Source: an uncultured Acidobacteriaceae bacterium (lineage in GTDB: Bacteria > Acidobacteriota > Terriglobia > Terriglobales > Acidobacteriaceae). From it: a stretch of DNA of 64,000 bases. The position numbers were made by a program, and so were the translations under genes. Location: NCBI GenBank assembly GCA_963720075.1, contig CAVREG010000016.1, positions 539,471-603,470 on the forward strand, written 5' to 3'. The stretch's first letter is position 1. Every line of letters begins with the position of its first letter. A model generated the notes under the pieces. That model saw only the letters and a program-made list of their open reading frames with translations, made no database searches and was not told the DNA's origin. This document shows, one piece after another, positions 40,409 through 50,540 of this stretch.

Positions 40409-42146
40409 ATGAAGTTGCTATCGCGACGGAAGTATCTTCCAGGCCGCAGAGATTTTTTACGTTTGCTCGCGGGGACAGCGACCTTCGCGGGATTCTCTGG
40501 ATTTACAAGCTACTTAAACGCTGCCAACCCCACTTATCCTTTCTCCGAAGTTCCGCCTTCTTCAAGCGGCGTCACTTGGGTGCACACTGCGGGTAAGTCG
40601 TTTGATAAATATCTCCCGGAAATCAGCGGCGCTGGTTGTGCCTTTCTTGATTACGACAGCGACGGGTGGATCGATATTTATCTGGTGAACAGTGGACGCG
40701 CCGACTTCTATACTCCAAACCCACCGCTTCGCAACGCGCTCTATCGGAATAATCGCGACGGCACTTTCACCGACGTGACTGAAAAGGCCGGCGTCCCGGG
40801 AGGGGGCTACGGCATGGGGGTCGCGGTCGGCGATTACAATTCCGACGGCTTTCCGGACATTTATGTGACTCAGTACGACCGCAGCATCCTATATCGCAAC
40901 AATGGAGACGGCACTTTCACCGACGTGACTGAAAAGGCCGGAGTAGCCGCGCCGGGATGGGCCTCCAGTGCCGCATGGTTCGATTACGACAATGACGGCC
41001 GTCTCGATCTTATTCGTCTGCCGGTTCGCTGATTACGACAAATTTAGGAATCAGCACTGTGGCGATCCGAAAGTATCCCAATATCGCGGGAAAAAACGAG
41101 TACTGCTATCCCAAGGTCTATGACCCCATGCCGAGCCTGCTGTTTCCATAACAACGGCGACGGCACTTTTACCGACGTAAGTCAGAAGATGGGAATTTCG
41201 GAAAATCCCGGCAAAGCCTGGGGCGTCGTTGCGACAGACATCAACAACGATGGCTGGATGGATCTGTTCGTCTCCAACGATACTGTTCCCAATTTCCTGT
41301 TCCTAAATCACGAAGGCCATCACTTCGAGGAGATTGGCTTTACAGCCGGAGTCGCATATGGCGAAGGCGGAAAAGTTCGCTCCGGGAATGGGAGTGGATT
41401 CCGCGGATTTTGATGAAGATGGTTGGATGGATTTATTCGTCACGAATCTCGATCATGAGATGTACGCGCTGTATCGCAACAAGCACGATGAATCATTCGA
41501 AGACGAGGCGCTGCCCGCGGGAATTGGAAAGGCCACCGAGCTGATGAGTGGTTGGAGCGTGAAATTTATTGATTATGATAATGATGGGAAGCTAGATTTG
41601 TTTATCGTGAATGGCCATCCCAACGACATTATTGAAGAAATCAAACCGAATGTGACGTTCAAAGAGCCTCTACTACTTTTCCGAAATACGGGTAAGGGTT
41701 TTCAAGACGTTAGTGGACAGAGCGGTCCGATTTTCAATCGACAGCTCTCCGCCAGGGGCATGGCGATTGGGGATTTCAACAATGACGGTGCAGTAGATGT
41801 TCTGATTTCAGTAAATGACGGCGCTCCGATTCTTCTGCGGAATGAGGTTGGCAAGCAAAATCATTGGCTCGGCGTGAACCTGGTGGGAACCAAATCAAAT
41901 CGCGATGCCGTAGGCGCCCGAGTTACTTACCAGGCTGGCGATCTCAAGGGAAATCGGATGAAAGTTGGAGGCAGTGGCTTTCTGTCCTCCCACGATCCAC
42001 GTCTGGTGCTGGGCATTGGCGCGCGCACGAAACTCGATTGGCTGGAAGTGAAATGGCCCCTTCCTGGCGGAACGGTGCAGCGATTCACCGATCTCCCGGT
42101 TGATCGCTACATCACCATAGTGGAGGCGGAGAGCAAGTGGAAATAA
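40409..42146 (+). pseudogene. CRTAC1-family protein (Tat signal, FG-GAP/VCBS repeats, ASPIC/UnbV C-terminal domain) interrupted by four +1 frameshifts
   Basis: Tat motif GRRDFLRLL; repeated [10 protein letters not shown](T/S)EKAGV and DYDNDG motifs; UnbV-like end (GSGFLSSHDPRLVLGIGARTKLDWLEVKWPLPGG). The reading frame moves 2>0>1>2>0 (start position mod 3) at ~41012, the A6 run 41091-41096, ~41143-41146 and ~41377-41380. Confidence 0.8.
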
Positions 42147-42970
42147 CAGGGGACCTCAGGCCGAGTTTTCCGAGATCGGCCGAAGCTCTGGCGTGATGAC
42201 GGGGTCTGCGCGAGAACGCGCTCAGAATAATGTCCGCCTGGCGCAGTTTCCCGGCTACGGCAGCCGCAATATCCGGGGCGCCCGGAGTGTCGCCATGGAT
42301 GCACAGAGTCTGCGCGTTCACAGCTACTTCGGTTCCGTCGGACGCTTTTACCATCCCTCGTTCAACGATGTTCAGCGCCTGTTGGGCCGCTTCTGTGGGA
42401 TCTCGAATCAGCGCGTCTTCAAGTTTGCGCGAACGCAAAGTTCCGTCCGGCTCGTAACGCCGGTCGGCGAAGGCTTCTGCTGCGACTGCAAAGCCAGCTT
42501 CCCGAAAAGCTTTTCAACATCGCCGATCCAGCCAAGCCCACCGAGCATAACGTCGCGTTTCCATCGGGCGACACCCTTCGCAATTGCTTCGGCGATCTTT
42601 GGATTTCGCGCCGCCTGATTGTAAAGCGCACCGTGCGGCTTGACATGCGCCACGTGTGCGTTCCGTATTCCGCGGCAACCTCGGCGAGTGCGCGAACTTG
42701 TTCGAAGACAAAATCGGCGATTGTTTCCGGCGAGAGATTTAACTCCAGCCGGCCGAAATTTTGGCGATCAGGGTAGCCTGGGTGCGCGCCTATCGCCAGC
42801 TTCCAGCGAAGCGCCCGCATGATGGTTGCCTTCATAGTCTGTTCGTCGCCGGCGTGTCCGCCGCAGGCTATGTTGATCGAAGTGAGTGATGGCATCAACG
42901 CTTCCTGCGTGCCGTCGGCAATGGCTTTAGGCAGTTCGCCGATATCGCAATTCAGGTCAATGCATTTCAT
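42112..42970 (-). pseudogene. pxpA: 5-oxoprolinase subunit A (LamB/YcsF family) interrupted by three frameshifts
   Basis: MKCIDLNCDIGE...INIACGGHAGD...AIGAHPGYPDRQNFGR is in one frame. AHVKPHGALYNQAARNPKIAEAIAKG is in a second. VGLAGSAMLK returns to the first. AFREAGFAVAAEAFADRRYEPDGTLRSRKLEDALI...TLCIHGDTPGA is in a third. Confidence 0.8.
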
Positions 42971-42974
42971 AAAA

Positions 42975-43922
42975 TCAAGTTCTCAGAAGATAGCAATTCT
43001 TCCATTTCGTACCAGCAGCGACCGTGCCGCTTCCCATTCGACTTCTTTCAAATCGAATCTCATCGCGCGGGCGAAGCTGTCCAAGGCTGGCTAGGTCAGT
43101 GGAAATCACATTTGCGATCTTTGGATATCCGCCCGTTGTTTGCTGTTCGACAAAGAGCACAATGGGAAGCCCTGATTCTGGGATCTGAATCGCCCCCAGG
43201 GAAACTCCTTCCGTAATCATCTGTTCGCCGGAATGCTTTGGAATGGGATCGCCTTCCAGCCGAAGACCCATGCGATTGGATTCCTCGGCGACACGATACG
43301 TACTGTCGTAGAACAATTGCTGCGACGACTCTGGGAACCAATCACACTGTGGGCCGGGAGTGACGCGCAAAACTTTCCGAGGAGACAAACGCTGCGACGC
43401 TTTCGGAGCTAGCGCGACTCTGTGGAAAGACGCGCTGGCGGACTCTTTTCTCGGCACAGCGATATTCACCACATCGCCCTTTCGCAGCGGCCTGCCATCG
43501 AAACCGCCGAGACCGCTCAAAATGTGCGTTGAAGCACTGCCTAGAAAAGGCTTCACGGAAATTCCTCCGCGAACACATAAATAACAGCGCGCTCCCGAAC
43601 GGGCCGGTCCCAGGGTCAGCGTCTGGGCAGAGCGAACCTCAACCGACGCCCATAATTCGACCGGCGCACCATCGAGAGTCGCGCCGAAATCGGAACCAGT
43701 CAGGGCCACGATAGCGCCTTCGGGAAACAGAAAGCTGCCGCCCAGTAGCGTCATTTCCAGTCCAGCCGCGCCCTCAGAGTTACCGACGAGCCGGTTCCCG
43801 ATGCGCAATGAAATCGCATCAGCCGCTCCGGAAGGTGAAACGCCCATCGGACCGAAACCTTCTCGTCCCAGATCCTGCGCTGTGGTTAACAGCCCCGGAG
43901 ACTGGACCTTTATTACACTCAT
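42975..43922 (-). CDS. pxpC: 5-oxoprolinase subunit C (KipA/allophanate hydrolase subunit 2 family)
   Basis: MSVIKVQSPGLLTTAQDLGREGF...GVSPSGAAD and YPKIANVISTDL are typical of PxpC. The start overlaps the pxpB stop (ATGA). Confidence 0.85.
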   Translation of the reverse strand: MSVIKVQSPGLLTTAQDLGREGFGPMGVSPSGAADAISLRIGNRLVGNSEGAAGLEMTLLGGSFLFPEGAIVALTGSDFGATLDGAPVELWASVEVRSAQTLTLGPARSGARCYLCVRGGISVKPFLGSASTHILSGLGGFDGRPLRKGDVVNIAVPRKESASASFHRVALAPKASQRLSPRKVLRVTPGPQCDWFPESSQQLFYDSTYRVAEESNRMGLRLEGDPIPKHSGEQMITEGVSLGAIQIPESGLPIVLFVEQQTTGGYPKIANVISTDLASLGQLRPRDEIRFERSRMGSGTVAAGTKWKNCYLLRT

Positions 43923-44614
43923 GCATTCTCCATAGCTGCGAATTGGTCGCGCGAAACTGGCACAAACCGCACGCGATCGCCAATGGACAATAGGCTCATT
44001 CCATCCCGGTCAGGACGGAACATGGCGATCGGCGTGCGTCCCAGCAATCTCCAACCGCCGGGCGTGGCGAATGGATAGACTCCAGTCTGGCGCCCTGCAA
44101 TTCCTACACTGCCCGGCGGAACTCTTCGACGAGGCGACGCCAAGCGCGGCGTCACCAGCGATTCGGACACCTCTCCGAGATAAGCGAATCCGGGCACGAA
44201 TCCTAAGAAGTAAACAATATAGGTAGCCGAAGCGTGTAACTCGATTATCTGCGCGGGTCCCAATCCGTGCATTGCCGCAACTTCGCCTAGGTCTGGACCA
44301 TATTCACCGCCATAACAAACGGGAATTTCTATTTGGCGGGACTCGGGAAGGGAAACACTTTCGAGCCGGTCGAGATAGGTTCGTAAGGTCGCTTCCAGTT
44401 CATCATGCCGCAACTTCAGCCCATCGAACTTGAGCAACAATGAACAATAGCCGGGATGAAGGTTGCGAATGCCCTCGACCGGCTCCAACTGGAGGAGCCG
44501 CAGCAGTTTTATGACGTGATGATGGGCGTCGAGAGTGATCTGCTGGCCAAAGTAGATCAATAATGACTGATCGCTCGAGCGTTGGAACCGCGCGCTGGCT
44601 GCCGCCGTCAACAT
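43919..44614 (-). CDS. pxpB: 5-oxoprolinase subunit B (KipI family)
   Basis: ~230 aa. VYFLGFVPGFAYLG and PPGSVGIAGRQTGVYP are typical of PxpB. The gene order is pxpB-pxpC-pxpA. Confidence 0.85.
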   Translation of the reverse strand: MLTAAASARFQRSSDQSLLIYFGQQITLDAHHHVIKLLRLLQLEPVEGIRNLHPGYCSLLLKFDGLKLRHDELEATLRTYLDRLESVSLPESRQIEIPVCYGGEYGPDLGEVAAMHGLGPAQIIELHASATYIVYFLGFVPGFAYLGEVSESLVTPRLASPRRRVPPGSVGIAGRQTGVYPFATPGGWRLLGRTPIAMFRPDRDGMSLLSIGDRVRFVPVSRDQFAAMENA

Positions 44615-44655
44615 GACGGGAATGATATCGCAAGCGAGATTCAGGCGTGCCCGTA

Positions 44656-46755
44656 CTACTTGGCATCCTCCAGAATTTCTACTCCATACTGTGGTAAAGC
44701 GACGCTTTCTCCTTCCGTCCCTGCCAGCAGCAGTTTCATCGGCCGAGGAAGCGAAATGGTGCGCTCTTCGGCCGAAAAATTTATGACAACGAAAACGTCA
44801 TGCCCGTCGCCGGTGCGGCGGCTGACTTCCACGCCATCCGGCACGGGGCCAAATACAGGAGTGACTCCGCTCTGCTGTACCATCCATTGGGCAGCCGCTG
44901 CCATGAGCTTGTCATCCAGCACAGCGCCGATGTAGGTGATGCTGCCTTTTCCGTAAGAGTGCGTGATCACCGCAGGCTGATCATCGAGCCACCCGTTGCT
45001 CTTGCCGTATTTAAGAAGTACATGTGCGTCCGGGGCGGATGTTTTCAATCGTTCCGCCCAAATAGTGGCCTGACCTTCTCCCCATGGGCCTGACACCGGC
45101 ACATCTTTCTCCAGCGCATAGTATTGCTCGACTCGCCCTCCGAGTGCGTCAACGAGATATCCTGGCTGGCGCTGCTTTAAGAGAGAATTGAATTGGTCTT
45201 TCATTCCGGATCGCGGGCCGAGAACGAGATGGCCGCCATTGCGAACATATTCAATGAGGTGGTTGGCAAGATCTTCGGGAATTACATTCAGGCTTGGAGC
45301 GACTACCAGCTTATAGCTGGAAAGCGGCGCATAGGCGCTCACAACATCCACCGATTGCGAGAGAGGGCGAAGGCTATGGTAATAGCTTTCCAAGATTTTT
45401 ATATCGTCGTATGCCTCATTATGTTTTTGAAATTGAATCGCCCAATGGCTGTCGTAGGAATAGAGCAGCGCCACTTGCGACATGACAGTCGTGCCCTTGA
45501 ATGCGCTCTGCACTTTTCCAAATTCATGAGCGGTCTGGTTGACCTCGTCGTAGAAAGGAACTGGAGTTCCGTCCGGGCCTAATAAGGTGCCATGGTATTG
45601 TTCCTGTCCGTTGAGCGCGCTCCTCCATTGCCAGTAGTTAACGTCGTCTGCGCCGTGCGCGATTGCCTGCCATGCCATGGCGCGCGCTTCGCCGCGATTG
45701 AGAAAGTTATTGAGAGTGTGCCAATTGACTGCGCCGGGCTGCGTCTCCATCACCCAGAAGTTCTCCCGCTTGAAGCCGCGGGTAAGGTCATGGGTGAGGC
45801 CGTTACGATCCGGATCAACGTGGCCGCTTCCAACGTAATCATCCCATGAGGCGAACGTCAAAGGCTTGGTGATGATGTAGTGATCGAAGCCATCAAAGAA
45901 ACCCATTAAGTTGCCGGTGATGAACTGCCGGGGTTCGGAGTGCTGCCGGATCGCGTCAATTTGGTTTTGCTGATATGCAGTCCATTCAAAAGTTACAAAT
46001 CGCTTCCAGTCCAACCGGAGTCCAGGATTGTTTCCTCCAATTGGAATTGGAATCTCACTCCAGTTATCATAGGTTTCGCTCCAGTAGGCCGTCGTCCACT
46101 GTGTATTAAGGTTATCGAGAGTCTTATATTTCGCCTTTAGCCAATCCTGAAAGAGGCGCTTGCTGGCGTCGTCGTACGACATCAACGCATAGCCGTACTC
46201 GTTGTCAATTTGCCAGCCTACGACGTTGGGATTGTGTCCGAAACGCAACGCCATTTTCTCGGCGATTTGACGGCAGAAGACACGATAGCGAGGAGAGGTA
46301 ACCGACCCATGAGCGCGGTTGCCGTGGGTAACGCGCTGGCCATTTTCTTGAACGCGCAGAACATCGGGATACTTCTGGGTCAACCATGCAGGTGGAGTCG
46401 CAGTCGGCGTTCCGACAACAGAAACAATATGATGTTTCGCCGCGAGGCTGATGGCGCGATCCAGCCAGTCGAAATCGTAATGTCCTTCGGACGGCTCCAT
46501 TTTGCTCCAGGCGAATTCACCAATTCTGACCACCTTGATGTTCGCCGCTTCCATGAGTTCGAGATCTTTCTCCCAACGTGATTCGGGCCACTGCTCTGGG
46601 TACCAGGCGGTTCCCATAAGAATGGCGTCCTGTCCGGGCAGCTGTGTGGGAATGGCCTTGGACTTAGAGGAAGCGGCATTCGAGATTGACTGCGCCGCGA
46701 TGAAAATTTGAAGAAGCAAGCAAATTGAGATTAGCCTAGATATACGGGAGAGCAA
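44656..46755 (-). CDS. GH42 beta-galactosidase (secreted)
   Basis: WYPEQWPESRWEKDLELMEAANIKVVRIGEFAWSKMEPSEGHYDFDWLD is the GH42 N-terminal TIM-barrel signature. WQIDNEYG carries the acid/base Glu. Confidence 0.85.
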   Translation of the reverse strand: MLSRISRLISICLLLQIFIAAQSISNAASSKSKAIPTQLPGQDAILMGTAWYPEQWPESRWEKDLELMEAANIKVVRIGEFAWSKMEPSEGHYDFDWLDRAISLAAKHHIVSVVGTPTATPPAWLTQKYPDVLRVQENGQRVTHGNRAHGSVTSPRYRVFCRQIAEKMALRFGHNPNVVGWQIDNEYGYALMSYDDASKRLFQDWLKAKYKTLDNLNTQWTTAYWSETYDNWSEIPIPIGGNNPGLRLDWKRFVTFEWTAYQQNQIDAIRQHSEPRQFITGNLMGFFDGFDHYIITKPLTFASWDDYVGSGHVDPDRNGLTHDLTRGFKRENFWVMETQPGAVNWHTLNNFLNRGEARAMAWQAIAHGADDVNYWQWRSALNGQEQYHGTLLGPDGTPVPFYDEVNQTAHEFGKVQSAFKGTTVMSQVALLYSYDSHWAIQFQKHNEAYDDIKILESYYHSLRPLSQSVDVVSAYAPLSSYKLVVAPSLNVIPEDLANHLIEYVRNGGHLVLGPRSGMKDQFNSLLKQRQPGYLVDALGGRVEQYYALEKDVPVSGPWGEGQATIWAERLKTSAPDAHVLLKYGKSNGWLDDQPAVITHSYGKGSITYIGAVLDDKLMAAAAQWMVQQSGVTPVFGPVPDGVEVSRRTGDGHDVFVVINFSAEERTISLPRPMKLLLAGTEGESVALPQYGVEILEDAK

Positions 46756-46779
46756 CTTGACCTCCTGAGATAATTTCGC

Positions 46780-46858
46780 CTTGTCATCCTGAGCGAAGCG
46801 AAGGACCTCTGAATTTGAGCCCGCGATGCGTAGGTCCTTCGCTACGCTCAGAATGACA
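46780..46858. repeat. 28-nt imperfect inverted repeat (gtcatcctgagcgaagcgaaggacct family)
   Basis: Left arm ttgtcatcctgagcgaagcgaaggacct (46780-46807). Right arm aggtccttcgctacgctcagaatgacaa (46831-46858). Two mismatches in 28. It lies between tandem GH genes. Confidence 0.75.
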
Positions 46859-46893
46859 ATTCAAACTAATGTCGAGTATCGCGGGGACGGATG

Positions 46894-49242
46894 CTAAGGT
46901 GAAACTGTGACTTCTTTGCCGGAATAAGTGACGACCTTATCCGCGGCTTCGGTTGGTTCGACTCCGACTCCGTGATTGACCCCTACGAAAACAACTCGAA
47001 AAGTTCGAGTCTGGAGCATGCCGGGAAATTCACCTTTCCTGTCGCCGATGGTGAGCTCTTGCTTGGCGTCATCCCAGTGCAAAGGGATAGTCGCGTAAAT
47101 TCCCTTCTCGTAGTCGTAGGTGTCGTTCTCGTCTTCGTACAGATTGAAGTCGCCATCGGCGCCGCGATAGATTCGGAGTTCAATTGGGTCCGCTGGCTTT
47201 TCCGTGGACCATTCTTCATCGGGACCGAGGGAAACAATCGAACCTGCGCGAACGTAGAGCGGAAGCCGATCCAGCGGGGCTGCGGCGTCAATGGCGACTC
47301 CCCCTGCATGAGTTGCGCCCGACCAGAAGTCGTACCATTTCGCCTGCGGCAGATAAACCGTTCTGCTGGTTGTGGCGGGTTCCGTCACAGGATTTACCAA
47401 AAACGCCGGACCAAACATAAACTGATCGCCTACGTTCTCGGCACGCACATCGGTGCGGAAATCCATTACTAACGGCCGCATGGGCGTATAGCTCTCGCTG
47501 GTTGTCTTCCAGGCTAGCGAATAGATATAAGGCAGAAGGCGATAACGTAAGCGATCGAATTTCACGAGAATCTTCTGCGCGTCCGGGCCGTACGACCACA
47601 ATTCGTTTTGATCGGTTTTGCGGGTCCCATGTACGCGCAAAATTGGATTGAAAGTTCCGTACTGAAACCATCGAACAAAAAGTTCGCGGTAGGCGGGATC
47701 ATCGGGGTCGCCGAAGACAAATCCACCGATATCAGTAGTCCAATAGGGGATTCCGGAAAGGGCGAAGTTCAGTCCCGCCGGAATCTGGCGTTTGAAGCTG
47801 AAGAAATCAGAGTTGATGTCGCCTGACCATGCGGTGACCGCGTTTCTTTGCGAACCGGCGAAGGCAGACCGGGACAAAATGAATACGCGCTTCTTGTCGG
47901 TGACACTGCGTTGCCCCTGATAGACACCTTGCGTATCCAATAGAGGATAGATATTCACGTAGCGGTTACCGCTGCCGACAAAGAGTTTATGATTCAGCAG
48001 AATGTTTTCTTCCTGGCCTTCCGTTTCTGGCTCCGTGGTATCCATCCACCAGGCGTCAATGCCAAGGCTGAATAGACCTTTGTTTACCTGATCCCAGTAA
48101 AACTTTCGCGCCTCAGGATTGGTTGCGTCATAGACTGCCATGCCCGACGTGTGATACGGCGGCTTGGCAAATTTGAACTTATCAACGAACCAGCCTTGTT
48201 TATCCATGTAATCGTAATTGGTCGAGCCTGGCTCAAAAAATGGCCAGACGGAGATCATGAGGTGGAAGTTCAATTTATGCAGTTGATCTACCATCGCCTT
48301 CGGATCGGGGTAGTTCTTGTTGAAGACGAACTCACCTTTGCGAGTCCACCAGAACCAGTCCTGCACGATGTCGTCCACTGGAATGTGCAGGTCACGGTAC
48401 TTCTGCGCAACGCCGAGTATTTCTTCTTGTGACTTGTAACGATTCTTACATTGCCAGAAACCATAAGCCCACTTGCCGAACATAGGCGCTTGCCCGGTCA
48501 ACTCGCGATAGCTGGCGATGACTTTGTCCAGATCCGGTCCGTAGAAAAAGTAGTAGTCAATGTCGTCGGCCACTTCGGAGCTGATGTACAAGTAGTTGGC
48601 AAAGCGATTATTAAATCTGCTGCGCGAATCGTTGTTCCAATAAATGCCGTAGCCGTTACTCGACACCAGAAACGGTACCGCGATATTCGTGTTGTCCTGC
48701 GAAATGTCAACAGACTCACCACGGTAATTCCAAACTCCTGCCTGATGTTGGCCTAACCCATACAAGCCTTCGCGCGAACCGTAAATGTTAATAAAAGATT
48801 CCGCGCGATAGGTATCCTCGCCATTGACTTTGACCGGAGTCAGCTTTCGAGAGCCTTCCTGCACCAGCTGCTTGCCTTGTGAGTCCCGATAGGTGATTGA
48901 GCCGTCTTTACGCGCGACGACAACTTTCAGCTGCGAAGTTGTGATCGTGACATCAGCGTCAGCAGCCTGCATGGTCCACTGAATCTGGGGCCAGCTTGTC
49001 TTGATAATTACGTAGTCGGGATGCTCCTTGAAAGAAGACGTCGCAGAGTAAAGCACGTGAATAATTGAATCGCTGCATACCTGTATCTTCAACGTTCCCT
49101 GCTGCATGGTGAAGACGACGCCGTCGGGCTGCTGCTGCACAGCCGTTACCGGATTCATCGGAACCCATTGGGCATGAAGTACGGGAGTTAGGGTCAATAA
49201 AACCAGCGAGAATGTAACCAAGCAGCTTTTCTTCGTTAGCAT
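46894..49242 (-). CDS. GH31 alpha-xylosidase/alpha-glucosidase (secreted)
   Basis: Signal peptide MLTKKSCLVTFSLVLLTLTPVLHAQ. GH31 motifs GIDAWWMDTTEPE (nucleophile region), FILSRSAFAGSQR and WSGDI. Confidence 0.85.
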   Translation of the reverse strand: MLTKKSCLVTFSLVLLTLTPVLHAQWVPMNPVTAVQQQPDGVVFTMQQGTLKIQVCSDSIIHVLYSATSSFKEHPDYVIIKTSWPQIQWTMQAADADVTITTSQLKVVVARKDGSITYRDSQGKQLVQEGSRKLTPVKVNGEDTYRAESFINIYGSREGLYGLGQHQAGVWNYRGESVDISQDNTNIAVPFLVSSNGYGIYWNNDSRSRFNNRFANYLYISSEVADDIDYYFFYGPDLDKVIASYRELTGQAPMFGKWAYGFWQCKNRYKSQEEILGVAQKYRDLHIPVDDIVQDWFWWTRKGEFVFNKNYPDPKAMVDQLHKLNFHLMISVWPFFEPGSTNYDYMDKQGWFVDKFKFAKPPYHTSGMAVYDATNPEARKFYWDQVNKGLFSLGIDAWWMDTTEPETEGQEENILLNHKLFVGSGNRYVNIYPLLDTQGVYQGQRSVTDKKRVFILSRSAFAGSQRNAVTAWSGDINSDFFSFKRQIPAGLNFALSGIPYWTTDIGGFVFGDPDDPAYRELFVRWFQYGTFNPILRVHGTRKTDQNELWSYGPDAQKILVKFDRLRYRLLPYIYSLAWKTTSESYTPMRPLVMDFRTDVRAENVGDQFMFGPAFLVNPVTEPATTSRTVYLPQAKWYDFWSGATHAGGVAIDAAAPLDRLPLYVRAGSIVSLGPDEEWSTEKPADPIELRIYRGADGDFNLYEDENDTYDYEKGIYATIPLHWDDAKQELTIGDRKGEFPGMLQTRTFRVVFVGVNHGVGVEPTEAADKVVTYSGKEVTVSP

Positions 49243-49425
49243 AGTGAGTTCAGAATGATTTCTGCGAAATCCTTTGTACCGCCGACTGCCGACAATAGCA
49301 AATTTTTGTTCTGACTTGAAGTGAGCGGCACGAAAATAAAGCAAAGTACGGGATACGCCCTGGGATTCAAGTTGCCAGAAGTTGGTTGAATCCGTATCGT
49401 ATCTTTACTTTCAAAAGAGGACGCT

Positions 49426-49971
49426 ATGGAATCCGAGGAAGTTCACGAACTGCAGGAACATGCTGAGCACGCGAGGCACGATCCAAGCCTCGCGCCAATT
49501 TCGCTGACTATGGCAATTCTGGCCGTCGTCGTTGCGACGGTGTCGTTACTCGGCCACCGCGCCCATACCGAGGAAGTTGTGCTCCAAAACAAAGTCAGCG
49601 ATCAATGGGCGTTTTATCAGGCTAAAAATATCAGGCGGCATACCGACGAGCTTTTTGCCGATATCGCCTCGACAGTTGCGACGAAGGATGAAGCTCAAAC
49701 CAACAAGCTTCGGGACAAATATTCGGACGAGGCGGGACGTTATCGCGACGAACAGAAAGATCTCGATGCTGAGGCGCGCAAATTGGAGCAGGAGACCGCA
49801 CACGAGCGAAGGCGTGGAGATCGTTACGATCTCGCGGAAGTCTTCCTGGAAATTGCCCTCGTGGTCACTTCCATCACCTTACTTTCGGGACGGCGTATAT
49901 TTTGGCATTTCGGGATCATTCTGGGAATTGTTGGGATAACGGTTGCCGCCACCGGAGCCGTCATTCACTGA
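49426..49971 (+). CDS. DUF4337 family membrane protein
   Basis: LAILAVVVATVSLLGHRAHTEEVVLQNKVSDQWAFYQAKNIRRH with a C-terminal pair of TM helices matches my recollection of DUF4337. Confidence 0.65.
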   Translation: MESEEVHELQEHAEHARHDPSLAPISLTMAILAVVVATVSLLGHRAHTEEVVLQNKVSDQWAFYQAKNIRRHTDELFADIASTVATKDEAQTNKLRDKYSDEAGRYRDEQKDLDAEARKLEQETAHERRRGDRYDLAEVFLEIALVVTSITLLSGRRIFWHFGIILGIVGITVAATGAVIH

Positions 49972-50231
49972 TTTACAAGCAGCAGATTCCCCTCTAAAGT
50001 TCAAACACATTGCTACGGCTACGGGGCATGAAACGGCCAGTCCAATCCCTTGGACGCGCGAATTGACGAGTTCTCGGCATCACTGACTTGCAGTCGGCAG
50101 TGACAAAGCATTTGTCGCGCTGTCGAGTCGCAATCCCTTATTTTTCTTTTATTTCTGCTTATCCATCACTGCTGGGTTCGGCCATCAGCATGCATCGAGC
50201 ATCTTCGCAAAAAGGCCGATTCAAGAAACTG

Positions 50232-50540
50232 ATGCTCCATAAATGCGCAAATATAGCTTGCCTGAACCTCTTCCGCAGCATCCGTCGGGGAAAGTTGTTT
50301 CACGTAGAACATCCGACTCGACCGCGCACACCTACCATGCGAAAACACCGGACTTTGCCGCGCTTGGAATATTTTTGGCTGTGCGACGAATGTTCGCCAT
50401 TTTTCACTTTAACTTTTGCTAAGGAGCACGGCCTGGCCACTTCTCCGCTACGGCCGAAAATACAAGAGCGGAGTGTCTCGGGTCAAATTGCCGCGCAGGA
50501 CGGTCTTTCGCCTAAAGGTGGAACATGCGCAACTTCATGA
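50232..50540 (+). CDS. Small CxxC...FWLCxxC protein, paralog A (uncharacterised)
   Basis: MLHKCANIACLNLFRSIRRGKLFHV...EYFWLCDECSPFFTLTF shares an ordered motif set with the ORF at 55403. The start is uncertain; the track ORF begins at 50088. Confidence 0.5.
   Translation: MLHKCANIACLNLFRSIRRGKLFHVEHPTRPRTPTMRKHRTLPRLEYFWLCDECSPFFTLTFAKEHGLATSPLRPKIQERSVSGQIAAQDGLSPKGGTCATS

Noticed and set aside
40750-40945. 35-nt exact direct repeat inside the CRTAC1 gene as a mobile or CRISPR-like repeat
   Set aside because: Both copies encode the same FG-GAP linker ([12 protein letters not shown]) in frame. This is internal domain repetition, not an independent element.
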